A stretch of 64,000 nt of DNA from Candidatus Levybacteria bacterium RIFCSPHIGHO2_01_FULL_36_15b (GCA_001782045.1 MFNK01000009.1:7516-71515); one strand, 5' to 3'. Positions 9,431 to 20,115 are shown, counted from the stretch's first letter. Notes: generated by a model from the sequence alone, not told the origin. Program-made: numbers and translations.

Positions 9431-12142
9431 ATGAAAGAAAAACAACAGGAATCAAGATCCTTATCGAAAAGTGTTCAGGGATATCTTACTGATTCAGAAA
9501 GAACGGTTTTAAGACCACACCAACTTACCGTTTTTGAAGATATACGAAAATTTTTTGAGGAGGGAAACAAAAGAGGATATGTTAGCTTACCTACTGGAAC
9601 AGGAAAGACTGTTCTTTTTGTGGAACTATCTAAAGCTTTATTAGACGTCCAGCCAGAACAAAAAAAACCAAAAATATTAGTCGTAACTCCATCTAAGGAT
9701 TTGGTTCATCAAACAATGGGCAAAAGTGGAGAAAGAGGATATGGTAAATTTGCCCCGGAATTAGGCGTTGGATCATATTTCAGTGATACTCCTAGCTCAG
9801 AAAAAACAGAAGCAGGTTTTTTAGACAATGACGTAGTAATTACTACTTATGATTCTTTTGCAATCTTAACTAATGCAACTGAATATGAATATACCCCAAT
9901 TGAACATGTAAAAATACCTCGCGTAAAAATACCTCGCGTAAAAATAGAACACATAGAAATACCAGAAGAAGATTTAAAAAATCATGGTAAAGGACAATTT
10001 AGTGATGGGGTAATAAATTCTGAAATCTATAAAAGAATGGTAGAGGTATTTGGAGAGGAAGGAACAATAAAAGCAGTTTCCAAATGGAAAGAATACCCGG
10101 TTCTTAACCAAGAACTATTCGAAACAGAATACTATAAAAGAATATTAGCCCTTTATGGAGAGAAAGAAGCATTAAAAAGAATTAAAATCTGGCAATCATA
10201 TCCAAAGGGAGATGATTTCTTAAATTCAACAATCTTTAAAAAAATAGAGGCTCTTTATGGAGAGAAAGAAGCCTTGAAAATTATTAAACAGTGGCAGTCC
10301 TACCCCATTGTTGATGAAAAACTATTTGAATCCAAATTTTATAAGAAAACAGTTGAGTTCATTGGGGTAGAGAAAGCAAGGAAAACAATTTCGAGCTTGG
10401 AGAAATATCCCCTATCTGCGAAAAAATTATTTGAATCAGACTTTTACAAAAGAATAGTTTCTCTTTTTGGAAAAAAAGGAGCCCTTGAAATGATTAGGCA
10501 ATGGCAATCTTTGGTAAATATTGAGCAAGTAATATTTGAACCCGAGTTCCACAAAAAAACAATTTCATTTATTGCTGAAAAAGAAGCTCTAAATAAATTG
10601 AGATTTTGGAGATCTTACCCAATAATTAATGATTTGCTTGAATCCGATACTTATAAGAAATGGTTAATTTTCTATGGGGAGAAAGATTTGATGAAATCAG
10701 TTAGGACAAAAAAATCGTTTCCTGTAATAACAGATAGGAAACTAATCGATAATTTCGACATTTTTGTTTTGGATGAAGCGCATCATGTTTTTGGTCAGGC
10801 AATAGCAGATTTGGTACAAAGCATCCCAGAAGACAAGTTAGTAATTGGTTTTACAGCAACTCCCGAAGCAAACAGGTTTAAAAAATTACAGAAATATCTT
10901 CCGTATGAAATCCATAATTTAGGAATAACAGAGGCAATAAGCCTAGATCTACTGGCGCCAATGTTACCAGTAGCGTTAAAAAGTGGGCTAAGAATAGATG
11001 GATCCGATATTTACGATGAGAGAGGTGAATACATAGATACCAAAATCTCATATTTAGCTCATGATGAAAAAAGAAACAAAATAGTGGTAGAGGCTACTAA
11101 GGCCATGTCGTCTTTGGGTAAGGGAATAATAATATCTTGCATTGCAGGGGGAGAAGCATGGCATGCAAAATATTTAGCAGAAAAGCTGAAAGAAGAAGGT
11201 ATAAAAGCGGAGGCTATTTATTCAGAAGTTCCGGCTAAAACCAGACAAGAAATATACGACAAATTTAATAGAGGAGAAATAAATGCTCTAACATTTATAG
11301 GAGTAATTGGTGAGGGATGGGATAGTGAAAGAGCAAAAGTAATTATAAATGCAAGGCCCACAAGATCTGATATTTTTGCAAAGCAGAGACTGGGAAGAAT
11401 AACAAGGCGCAATGGAGAATTGGCAGTAGCAATAGATATTCAAGATGATTTTGACCCTAAAAATCCTCCGGTAACAGTTGCAGACGCATTAGAGGTAGGA
11501 AAAGTGAGTTTTGGGACAATTATTGGGACAAACACAGATGTAAAAGAAGGGGAGATTTTGTCTTTACTTAAAAATAATACTCCGATTGAAGAGCAAGTTA
11601 AAGCTCCTTTTTCAGAATTCAAAAACCAGCTAGCAACGCTTCCTCAGTTAAAAAGAGGTTTTGTTTTGTCAGAAAGAGGCTTCCCAGAATATGCAATTGC
11701 TACAAGAGTAAACGGCCAGTATAGAGGCTTGACCACTGAATTTTTAGATAAAGTAGGAGAAGTAAATAATATTGAGATAAATAAACGAACTGCAGCTATG
11801 GATAGATCAACAAGAGAGGTATACAGTATTGATCAAACCAGAAGACTTTTGGCTTCTCTCCCAAGGGTAGAACCAAGTAAGTACTACATAGATAGTAAAA
11901 ACAACAAATGGATTTCAATAAAAGGCTTACAAGCTCTTTTTAGTCGAAGGTTTACAAATTTAAGTGAGGGACGTTTGGTAAAAATAACAACTGACATTCA
12001 GGATGAATTATCATGGATACCAGCAGTATATGAAATTAATAATCGAGGAAGCAGATTATTTTTTGCAATAAAATTATTCAGTGCCACACCCGAGGCTATC
12101 AGAAAAATAACGGAAGCGATAGAAAAGTCCTATAATAATTGA
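9431..12142 (+). CDS. Superfamily 2 DExH helicase-like protein with an internal repeat insertion
   Basis: LPTGTGKT (motif I), DEAHH (II), GFTATP (III), GEGWD (V), QRLGRITR (VI). Confidence 0.85.
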   Translation: MKEKQQESRSLSKSVQGYLTDSERTVLRPHQLTVFEDIRKFFEEGNKRGYVSLPTGTGKTVLFVELSKALLDVQPEQKKPKILVVTPSKDLVHQTMGKSGERGYGKFAPELGVGSYFSDTPSSEKTEAGFLDNDVVITTYDSFAILTNATEYEYTPIEHVKIPRVKIPRVKIEHIEIPEEDLKNHGKGQFSDGVINSEIYKRMVEVFGEEGTIKAVSKWKEYPVLNQELFETEYYKRILALYGEKEALKRIKIWQSYPKGDDFLNSTIFKKIEALYGEKEALKIIKQWQSYPIVDEKLFESKFYKKTVEFIGVEKARKTISSLEKYPLSAKKLFESDFYKRIVSLFGKKGALEMIRQWQSLVNIEQVIFEPEFHKKTISFIAEKEALNKLRFWRSYPIINDLLESDTYKKWLIFYGEKDLMKSVRTKKSFPVITDRKLIDNFDIFVLDEAHHVFGQAIADLVQSIPEDKLVIGFTATPEANRFKKLQKYLPYEIHNLGITEAISLDLLAPMLPVALKSGLRIDGSDIYDERGEYIDTKISYLAHDEKRNKIVVEATKAMSSLGKGIIISCIAGGEAWHAKYLAEKLKEEGIKAEAIYSEVPAKTRQEIYDKFNRGEINALTFIGVIGEGWDSERAKVIINARPTRSDIFAKQRLGRITRRNGELAVAIDIQDDFDPKNPPVTVADALEVGKVSFGTIIGTNTDVKEGEILSLLKNNTPIEEQVKAPFSEFKNQLATLPQLKRGFVLSERGFPEYAIATRVNGQYRGLTTEFLDKVGEVNNIEINKRTAAMDRSTREVYSIDQTRRLLASLPRVEPSKYYIDSKNNKWISIKGLQALFSRRFTNLSEGRLVKITTDIQDELSWIPAVYEINNRGSRLFFAIKLFSATPEAIRKITEAIEKSYNN
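10010..10738 (+). repeat. Seven tandem 34-35 aa protein repeats inside the helicase
   Basis: Consensus about (L)FES-FYKK(I)---(Y/F)GEK-AL--I--W-SYP; unit lengths 35,34,35,35,35,34,35 aa. Confidence 0.85.
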
Positions 12143-12177
12143 CATTGTAAAAAATTAATGTATAATACTCTACCTAT

Positions 12178-13902
12178 ATGACGAAAGAAATAGAAAACTT
12201 AAAACAAATGTCAGCTCAGCGAGAGGTTTTTAGCTCTTTGGTTAACAAAAGAGAAAAACAATATAGTATGCTGGGTCAGCAGGTTAATCAAGAAAGTCTT
12301 GAAAAAGCTGTAAAAATAGGCGAAATAATGGATAGAACCCAAGCTCGACAACTGCGCATTGCAGAAAAAGTTGAATTACTTGATCAATCTATTTCCACGG
12401 AGTCAGAAAGAGTAGAAAGCCTTATCCAACGTCTTGAAGAATTGGGTTCAAGAAATCCCGCAATACATTCAGTATACGAAACATTTCGATCAGAATTTGA
12501 AGATTGGAATACTCCTCAAACAGCAAAACCAGAAGAAATAATACCACAACCGGTTGTTGAAGAGATCTCTGTTCCCGCAGTTCCTGAAGTTTCTGCTGGT
12601 TTTGAAGGACAAACAAGAATTGGTGGAAAAAAAGAAATATATGTGCTTCCAAATGGAACAGAACTTAAAACAACGCAAACAAGATTGCGAATTCTTCAAG
12701 CTCTTGAAAAAGGCCCTGCATCCATGGAGGAATTGGAGGAAGTTACGGGGAAAAATGCAGGATGGGTTTCTTCGACTATACATCAATTAGATAATCAACT
12801 GCAGCAATACAATTATAGAATACGTAATCTTAGCAGCGCAAAACAATTCGGCGCGAGGTATGTTCGGCAGTACGAGGGTGAAGAAGATATCACTCAAGGC
12901 GTGCAAGAGCATAGCGAAAAAGATTTAACAGAAGATAGCCATGCTGAGCAGGAGACTGAAGCGTCACTTGAATCAGGAGCTTTGCAAATTCCTCAGATTC
13001 CGGTGTTGAGACATATTGAATCTGCAAATCCACACAAATATGACGAAACTATTACCGTAAAATATGCCTTGGGACAAATTGAAAGCATAGCTCCTAATGA
13101 AAGAACAGAAGAAGAACAACAGCTAGTCAAAGATGCTGAATATCTAAAAAAATATACGCCATCAATCCGTTATCAGTCAATTTATACACAGGAGGAGATA
13201 CACGGTTTAGTCTTAAAATTAAAAACCCTGGAAGGTAAAAAAAGAGAAGATTTTGATGATGTAGAAGATAGAATAATAAATCACTTGATACAGATTGAAA
13301 AATCGACTTCTTCAAAATATGAATCTCCTAAAAAATCTACATCATGGGTTACTCTTAAAAATCGTGCATTTAGAGTAAGTAGATATCTCGCTGCAAAATA
13401 TGCACAGCGACAAGAACAAGCTGGTTATTTTATTAATCTGCATGATCCGCATCCAGAAACTCCTCCTCATGATTTATCAGCTATTTTTACTTTTGTTGCA
13501 TATGATCATGCAGTAAATACTATTGGAGCGAGAACTGTAGGCGTGACTGATCAACGATTTGCTAATTTCGAATCAAATTGCGAAGCAATAAATAAATGGT
13601 ATGAAGCTGCAAAACCATTCATTGACAAAATTCCAGGACATCTCAAGTTGCCAACAGGCTATGATGAACATCAGAGACAGGTTGGAGCCAGATGGTTTTT
13701 GTCTGATCTTGTGGCCACCATGAATATTAGGTTAAATGGAAATGGCCATAATAAATTCGAAGGTTTTGAGAAATATTATAGATATGATGTTGCAGGAGCG
13801 ATGGCTTTGCAATACAAAATTAAACATACAGTAGATGAAATAAATGAGATGTTGAAAAACATTACTACAGAAGAAATTGTTCCTCTCGAGCCCAATAGTT
13901 AA
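12178..13902 (+). CDS. Hypothetical protein with N-terminal coiled coil and a central winged-HTH-like segment
   Basis: RILQALEKGPASMEELEEVTGKNAGWVSSTIHQL is HTH-like; TTGACA-16-TATAAT at 12139-12166. Confidence 0.7.
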   Translation: MTKEIENLKQMSAQREVFSSLVNKREKQYSMLGQQVNQESLEKAVKIGEIMDRTQARQLRIAEKVELLDQSISTESERVESLIQRLEELGSRNPAIHSVYETFRSEFEDWNTPQTAKPEEIIPQPVVEEISVPAVPEVSAGFEGQTRIGGKKEIYVLPNGTELKTTQTRLRILQALEKGPASMEELEEVTGKNAGWVSSTIHQLDNQLQQYNYRIRNLSSAKQFGARYVRQYEGEEDITQGVQEHSEKDLTEDSHAEQETEASLESGALQIPQIPVLRHIESANPHKYDETITVKYALGQIESIAPNERTEEEQQLVKDAEYLKKYTPSIRYQSIYTQEEIHGLVLKLKTLEGKKREDFDDVEDRIINHLIQIEKSTSSKYESPKKSTSWVTLKNRAFRVSRYLAAKYAQRQEQAGYFINLHDPHPETPPHDLSAIFTFVAYDHAVNTIGARTVGVTDQRFANFESNCEAINKWYEAAKPFIDKIPGHLKLPTGYDEHQRQVGARWFLSDLVATMNIRLNGNGHNKFEGFEKYYRYDVAGAMALQYKIKHTVDEINEMLKNITTEEIVPLEPNS

Positions 13903-13945
13903 ATAGAAGTTTGTAATTTGAGCGCAATGTTTCTATACTTAAACT

Positions 13946-14272
13946 ATGTGGAGACTGCCCATTTATATACTTAAATTTTGGTACCTGGAAGCTCCGTTTT
14001 CGCTTGTAGGTTATTTTTTAAACCTCAACAAATCATTTTTTAATGCATTTTCTATGCTTCTTATGGTTAAAACGTTTTTTAAGCCTTGGAAAAATGAATA
14101 CAGGGAAGGTTTAGTAAAATTCTCCGTATTTATGGGAATTATTTTTAAGACTTTGTTTATTACTGCTGACGTATTTTTATTTGCAGTATTGTTGTTTTTT
14201 GAGCTTACATTCTTTATTGCATTTCTAGTATTTCCTATAGCAATATTTTATTTGCCGTTTATAAAATTATGA
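13946..14272 (+). CDS. Small membrane protein coupled to the Clp ATPase gene
   Basis: Hydrophobic, KTFFKPWK motif, ATGA overlap with the next gene. Confidence 0.75.
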   Translation: MWRLPIYILKFWYLEAPFSLVGYFLNLNKSFFNAFSMLLMVKTFFKPWKNEYREGLVKFSVFMGIIFKTLFITADVFLFAVLLFFELTFFIAFLVFPIAIFYLPFIKL

Positions 14273-16635
14273 GAATATTAGCCAAATTTTACCATTGGTA
14301 TACTAATTTATTAACAGAAGTAACAAGAATTTTACTCTTTATTCTTCTTATAGGCTTAGTCGTTTTAAGTTATGTATATAAAATTTACCCGAATATTTTT
14401 ATTACTCTATTTGGGTTATTTATTATGTTTGAAGTCTATTTTTACCAGAAAATTGTAAAACATACTCCAAAGACTACAGTTTCCAACAATACGGGAAGTA
14501 TTTTTGATTCTTTTATAATTGAATCTTTATCTGCCTTTGAGGCAAGTAACAGTTCTGAGCAGATAATTAGATATTTAGTTAAACTTCCTCAAATTAAATT
14601 TATTATTTCTAAGTGTTGCTCCAGTAATAAAAATGTTCCAATTATTCCGGTAGAAAAAGAGGAGTTGGCAAAATCCGCGTTTGAGCTTGCCAAGGTTTTA
14701 AACGCAAAATTTGTTACCACCATAGATATTTTTGGAGCATATTTGAAGCTAATTGAACCTAAAACAAAGTTTTTGTTTAACGAAAAACTAAAACAAGAAG
14801 ATCTGAATAATATTTTGCTTTGGGCATCAAATAATTTCGCAGGAGAAGAAGTAGATAAAAAGGCTCAAATCTCATTTGCAGGGGAAGGTATTGCAGAAGA
14901 CTGGATTTATGGTTGGACACTAGAGACTAAAAAGTACACGGTTGATTTGACAAAAGAATATGTAAATCAAGATGAGCCGGTAGTTAGATTAAACGAATAT
15001 AACCAGTTGACGGAAGCTTTGTATAAGGGATCAAGTGTTGTGTTAGTAGGGGATGTTGGAGCTGGCAAGGATTCAATAGTTAGATTCTTTGCAGTAGAGA
15101 GCTATATGGGAAGATTGTCGGGAAATTTATATCACCAAAGGGTTTATAGACTTATGGTCGATGCTTTAATGGGAGGAGCAAGCCAGCAAGGAGAACTTGA
15201 AGAAAGACTTAACTTAACCATGCAGGAGCTGACTCACAGTGGCAATGTAATAATTTATATTCCTGAATTTCAAAACCTATTGGGAGCACAGTCTTTTAAT
15301 TTAGATATTTCGGGGGCAATTTTGCCTTATCTGCAAAACAAAAATGTTAGAATCATAGCATCCGTTACTCCGAGTGCTTATAAAAAATATGTTGAGCCCA
15401 ATAAGACGCTTCTAGATACTTTAGAGATTATAAATTTCCCGCAAATAACACACGAAGAAATGCTCGATATTCTTTTTGCAAAAGTTTCTGAAATTGAAAT
15501 TCTAAATAACGTCTCATTTTCTTACCGAGCAGTTTTAACAGCAGCTAGATATTCAAAAAATTACTCTAATGAAAGAGTAGAGCCAGGGAGTGCCGTAGTA
15601 TTGCTTGAAGACAGTGCAAATTCGGTTCATATATCCGGAAAACAAATAGTTGAGGAGGAAGATATTCTTTCTCAAGTGAAGAAAAAAGTACATGTTGAAG
15701 TTGGAGAACCAAAGCCAGTTGAGAAGAAGCTCTTATTAAATTTGGAAAATGAAATTCACAAAAGAATTATAAATCAAGCGGAGGCTGTTTCGGCAATTTC
15801 GGAGGCTATTAGAAGATTAAGATCCGGTTTAAAAACCCCTACCAAGCCAATATCATTTCTCTTTTTAGGCCCAACTGGAGTTGGAAAGACAGAAACCGCA
15901 AAAGCTCTTGCAGAGATTTATTTCGAGGGAAAAGAAAGACTAATTAGACTTGATATGAGCGAATTTTCTGGTGTTGATGGAGAGAAAAGACTTTTGGGGG
16001 CACCACCAGGCGAGGGAGACGAAAAAGGACAGCTAACGGAAGCAATTTATGATAGTCCTTACTCACTAGTTTTACTCGATGAATTTGAAAAAGCAGATCA
16101 AACCATTCTGGATTTATTTTTACAAGTATTCGATGACGGAAGACTCACCGATAATAAGGGAAAAACCGTTTCTTTTGCAAATTCAATCATTATTTCAACT
16201 TCAAATGCTGCTTCAGAATTCATCCGAGAACAGATAGCAATGGGGGTAATAGTCGATAAAAATTTTAAGACAAAACTTATTGAATTTCTCGAAACTAAAG
16301 GTGTATTTAAGCCTGAACTATTAAATAGATTTGATGATATTATTGTTTTTAAACCACTTGGAAACCCTGAAATTATACAAATTGTAAAATTGCTTCTTAC
16401 AGATGTTACTAAAAACTTAAAAGAAAAAGATATAAATGTAATGTTTGAAGAACCCGTTATTGAAAAAATAGCAACCGAGGGATTTGATCGGGATTTTGGC
16501 GCAAGGCCACTTAAAAGATACATTCAGGATAATATCGAAGACCTAATCGCCCAAAAAATGTTAAAAGACGAAATAAAAAGAGGAGACAAAATAGTAGTTT
16601 CAGTAAGTCCTGAAGGAAAAATAGTCATAGGTTGA
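14269..16635 (+). CDS. ClpA/B-family AAA+ ATPase with N-terminal TM helices
   Basis: Second AAA module GPTGVGKT, RLDMSEF, LLDEFEKA, FGARPLKR; first module degenerate. Confidence 0.9.
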   Translation: MRILAKFYHWYTNLLTEVTRILLFILLIGLVVLSYVYKIYPNIFITLFGLFIMFEVYFYQKIVKHTPKTTVSNNTGSIFDSFIIESLSAFEASNSSEQIIRYLVKLPQIKFIISKCCSSNKNVPIIPVEKEELAKSAFELAKVLNAKFVTTIDIFGAYLKLIEPKTKFLFNEKLKQEDLNNILLWASNNFAGEEVDKKAQISFAGEGIAEDWIYGWTLETKKYTVDLTKEYVNQDEPVVRLNEYNQLTEALYKGSSVVLVGDVGAGKDSIVRFFAVESYMGRLSGNLYHQRVYRLMVDALMGGASQQGELEERLNLTMQELTHSGNVIIYIPEFQNLLGAQSFNLDISGAILPYLQNKNVRIIASVTPSAYKKYVEPNKTLLDTLEIINFPQITHEEMLDILFAKVSEIEILNNVSFSYRAVLTAARYSKNYSNERVEPGSAVVLLEDSANSVHISGKQIVEEEDILSQVKKKVHVEVGEPKPVEKKLLLNLENEIHKRIINQAEAVSAISEAIRRLRSGLKTPTKPISFLFLGPTGVGKTETAKALAEIYFEGKERLIRLDMSEFSGVDGEKRLLGAPPGEGDEKGQLTEAIYDSPYSLVLLDEFEKADQTILDLFLQVFDDGRLTDNKGKTVSFANSIIISTSNAASEFIREQIAMGVIVDKNFKTKLIEFLETKGVFKPELLNRFDDIIVFKPLGNPEIIQIVKLLLTDVTKNLKEKDINVMFEEPVIEKIATEGFDRDFGARPLKRYIQDNIEDLIAQKMLKDEIKRGDKIVVSVSPEGKIVIG

Positions 16636-16807
16636 CATATTTGTATTAATTTCTTATATTAAATCTAATATGAATAGCAGAGTTGACGTGTACAATAATT
16701 TCTCCCCACAAAAATCTCTTAGTTAAAACTAGGAGAGCCTCAAGTTTTTAGAAAACAACTAATAAGATTTTTAAGCCTCCTAGATAAATTTTTTTGAAAG
16801 GAGGTGA
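16632..16807 (+). promoter_or_regulatory. Promoter, 18-codon uORF (16670-16726), structured leader and strong SD
   Basis: TTGACA-17-TATATT; uORF MNSRVDVYNNFSPQKSLS; complementary segments AAAATCT..TTAGTT/AACTAA..AGATTTT and CTAGGAG/CTCCTAG; AAAGGAGGTGA. Confidence 0.45.
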
Positions 16808-16812
16808 TTAAA

Positions 16813-17298
16813 TTGAGTAAAGAAAGAGCTCTTAAAGGATTACAGAAAGACGACTTATATTACCGGTTCGTAACAAAAGTAATTGGTCTTGATGAATCTG
16901 CTTCAGTAAAAGATGTAGAGATTGCAAGTTCAAAATGGTTTTCTAATGCACTTAGAAATACAGCAATTAAAGCATTGGGTCTTTCTGTATCAGCGACAGA
17001 TGAAGAAATAGATAAGGCTCAAAAAACTCCGGAAGGAGGAAGATTAGTGCGGCGTGCAATGCTTGGAGGAATAACAGATGAAGAACTGACTATTTTTGAA
17101 AGAGATGACCCAATTCCATTTCCCTATTCAAAGTACATACCAAAAGAAAGTATATTTGCAAGCGAGGGAAGAAAAAATAAAAAACGAAAACGAAGAAGAA
17201 GATTACGAAAAAGAAAATGTTCGTCTTGTCGAAATGAATTCAAGAAAACAGGTATAAAGCCGGAAAAGTGCATACACAAAGGAATTAATTTGTCTTGA
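16813..17298 (+). CDS. Hypothetical protein (TTG start after SD; C-terminus possibly frameshifted)
   Basis: Two internal K..(I/L)GL...A...(D/E)(V/I)..A repeats; SD GGAGGTGA. Confidence 0.55.
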   Translation: MSKERALKGLQKDDLYYRFVTKVIGLDESASVKDVEIASSKWFSNALRNTAIKALGLSVSATDEEIDKAQKTPEGGRLVRRAMLGGITDEELTIFERDDPIPFPYSKYIPKESIFASEGRKNKKRKRRRRLRKRKCSSCRNEFKKTGIKPEKCIHKGINLS

Positions 17299-17332
17299 AG
17301 CTAGCTCGCTAAACTGATATAATGGCAAAACT

Positions 17333-18583
17333 ATGCCTGCAATACAAAGAAGTGAATTCGCATTAGCGCTAAATCAGGTATCAAACGAAAGGGGCTTGGA
17401 CCCCGAAATAATTTTAGATGCAGTTCGTAATGCCATTTTAGCTGCTTACAGAAAAGATCATCCCGAATCGGAGCTTGAAGAATTCACAGCCTTACTCGAT
17501 GCAAATACAGGCGAAGCAAAAATTTTACAAGGTGATAAAGACGTCACCCCTCCTGGTTTTGGGAGAATTGCCGCACAAACCGCAAAACAGGTAATACTTC
17601 AAAAAATCCGAGAAAAAGAAAAAGAATCTGTAATGGCAGATTTTAAGCAAAAAATGGGATCAATTGTAAATGGAATGATTTTAAGATTTGCCGGGCCAAA
17701 TGTAATTGTAGATGTTGGAAAAACAGAGGCTCTAATGCCTCCGCAAGAACAAATTCAGAATGAAAAATACCATCTTAATCAAAGACTTGCAGTTTATATT
17801 CTTAATATTCAGGAGGGACCAAGAGGAGAAGAAGTAGTTGTATCCCGTGCTAGCAATGGACTCTTAGAAGGATTATTTAAAAGAGAAGTTCCGGAAGTAT
17901 CTCAAGGAGCAGTTGAAATAAAAGAAATAGTTAGAGAACCCGGGAATAGAAGTAAAGTAGCAGTATATTCAAATCAATCTGGAATTGATCCAGTAGGAAG
18001 TTGCGTTGGGCAAAAAGGCGTTAGAGTTCAGGCAATAATTGCAGAATTAGGAGGACTTGAAAAAATAGACATAATTCAGTGGCAGGAGAATATTAAGAAT
18101 TATATTGCACAGGCTCTTTCTCCTGCAAAGGATTTAAGAGTTGAGGTAAGTGAAGACGATAAAGTTGCCCACGTATTTGTTGCGCCAACGGAGCTTTCTT
18201 TGGCAATTGGTAAAGAAGGACAAAATGTAAGACTTGCTTCGAAATTAACCGGATACAGGATTGAAATAGAAGAAGATCCGACCAAGGCTGCAGCACCCGT
18301 AAAAGAAGAAGTTAAAGTCGCTGAGAAAACACCTGAAGAAGAAGTAAAGAAAGAGAAACAAGTTGCCGAATCAGCAACAACGGATGTCCAGAGCCAAGCT
18401 ACAGAAGAAGTAGCAGAGCCAGTAGTTTCTGACTTACCTATTCAAGTTTCAGAACCAGTACAGGAAGAAAATCAGGCAGAGCCTCAGGTAAATACAGAAG
18501 AAGCTAAATCTATTGAGGAAACACCGGTTGAAAATCCGGTCCAAAATAAGACAAAAGTTAAAGATGAAGAAAATTTACAATAA
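17333..18583 (+). CDS. nusA: Transcription termination/antitermination factor NusA with acidic C-terminal tail
   Basis: FGRIAAQTAKQVI, S1 and KH domains, SLAIGKEGQNVRLA. Confidence 0.97.
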   Translation: MPAIQRSEFALALNQVSNERGLDPEIILDAVRNAILAAYRKDHPESELEEFTALLDANTGEAKILQGDKDVTPPGFGRIAAQTAKQVILQKIREKEKESVMADFKQKMGSIVNGMILRFAGPNVIVDVGKTEALMPPQEQIQNEKYHLNQRLAVYILNIQEGPRGEEVVVSRASNGLLEGLFKREVPEVSQGAVEIKEIVREPGNRSKVAVYSNQSGIDPVGSCVGQKGVRVQAIIAELGGLEKIDIIQWQENIKNYIAQALSPAKDLRVEVSEDDKVAHVFVAPTELSLAIGKEGQNVRLASKLTGYRIEIEEDPTKAAAPVKEEVKVAEKTPEEEVKKEKQVAESATTDVQSQATEEVAEPVVSDLPIQVSEPVQEENQAEPQVNTEEAKSIEETPVENPVQNKTKVKDEENLQ

Positions 18584-18618
18584 TTTATGAAGCCCATGCG
18601 TTGTAAATTTAATTTAAT

Positions 18619-20097
18619 ATGGATAAAAAGACAAAAATTGAACATTCAAAGAATGAATACAACTTTCCTCCTGTAGTTGCGGTTTTGGGTCACGTTGATC
18701 ACGGCAAAACTTCTCTTTTAGATGCAATAAGAAAAACAAATATCGCAGGAGCAGAACATGGTGGAATAACCCAAAAAATCGGAGCATCAAGCATTAAAGT
18801 AACCCACGAAGGAAAAGAGCGAAGAATTACTTTTATAGATACCCCCGGACACGAAGCTTTTACCAAAATGCGAGGACGCGGAGCGCAAGCTGCAGATATT
18901 GGAATATTAGTCGTTTCTGCAGTTGATGGTGTGATGCCTCAAACAAAAGAAAGCATAACGTTATTAAAAGCTTCTGAAATTCCATTTATTGTTGCTTTTA
19001 CAAAAGTTGACGATCCGCAAAAATTAGTTGATAAAGCAAAGGACCAGCTTTTAAAAGAAGAAGTAATGCTTGAAGGTTATGGAGGAGATATTCCTTTTAT
19101 AGAAGTTTCCGCAAAAGAGGGGCACAACATAAAAGAGCTTTTAGACTTAATTCTTTTGATTTTTGATTTAAAATTAGACAGTAATTTTTATCATTTTTCA
19201 AAAGACGGACAATTTAAAGGAATAGTAATTGAGTCAAAACTGGATCAAAAGAAAGGACCGCTGGCTTCTGTGGTGGTTAAAAATGGAAAATTAAGTCTTA
19301 AAGACGAATTATTTTCACCAGAAGGAAATTTGGGAAAAGTAAAAAACCTTATATCTGCAACCAGCGAAAATATAAAAGAGGCAGAAATAGGTGAAGCAGT
19401 GGAGATATTAGGATTTGCAAAAGCTCCTACCGTAGGAAGCGTTATTAGTACAACAAAGGTTGCCGCAGAAGAGATAGTTGAAGCACAAAAAGCACCTGCG
19501 CTTTCTAATTCTCCTTTTGAGAGAAATGAAGAGAATATGATTCCAATAGTTTTGTGTGCCGATACCTTAGGTTCTCTAGAAGCCATAAAATATTCATTGC
19601 CTGAAAAAGCAAAAATTGTTAAGGAAAAAACCGGCGAAATAGAAGTGTCAGATGTCTTATATGCTAAATCTACAGGCGCAATAGTATTGGGATTTAATGT
19701 TAAGTTAAAACCTGAAATTTTAAAGCTTGCCAAAACAGAAAAAATTCTAGTTAAGAGTTATTCAATAATTTACGAGATGATTGATGAAATAAATGATTTT
19801 GTACAAGGAAAACTAGAGGCCTTACAAGAGGAAGTTTTTGGCATAGGTAAAATACTTGCAAGTTTCCCGTACGAAAAAACAAAAGTGATGGGAATAAAAG
19901 TGCAAGAGGGAAGAATCGCAAAAAACGATAAATTGAGGCTAATTAGAAACGATGAAGTTATTGGCGAAAGCCATGTTGCTTCTTTAAGACAAGGTAAAGA
20001 GCAGGTTTCAAAAATTGAAGAAGGAGCAGAAGGGGGAATAATAATTTCTCCTTTCCTTGACTTTACTATAGGAGATATGGTACTATCGCACAACTAA
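18619..20097 (+). CDS. infB: Translation initiation factor IF-2 (short, no N-terminal domain)
   Basis: [32 protein letters not shown]. Confidence 0.97.
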   Translation: MDKKTKIEHSKNEYNFPPVVAVLGHVDHGKTSLLDAIRKTNIAGAEHGGITQKIGASSIKVTHEGKERRITFIDTPGHEAFTKMRGRGAQAADIGILVVSAVDGVMPQTKESITLLKASEIPFIVAFTKVDDPQKLVDKAKDQLLKEEVMLEGYGGDIPFIEVSAKEGHNIKELLDLILLIFDLKLDSNFYHFSKDGQFKGIVIESKLDQKKGPLASVVVKNGKLSLKDELFSPEGNLGKVKNLISATSENIKEAEIGEAVEILGFAKAPTVGSVISTTKVAAEEIVEAQKAPALSNSPFERNEENMIPIVLCADTLGSLEAIKYSLPEKAKIVKEKTGEIEVSDVLYAKSTGAIVLGFNVKLKPEILKLAKTEKILVKSYSIIYEMIDEINDFVQGKLEALQEEVFGIGKILASFPYEKTKVMGIKVQEGRIAKNDKLRLIRNDEVIGESHVASLRQGKEQVSKIEEGAEGGIIISPFLDFTIGDMVLSHN

Positions 20098-20115
20098 CTG
20101 CCCCAAAAACAAGTT

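Noticed and set aside
9860-10760. Helicase insertion as an intein
   Set aside because: No Cys/Ser start with His-Asn end and no LAGLIDADG motif; the insert is a tandem repeat.
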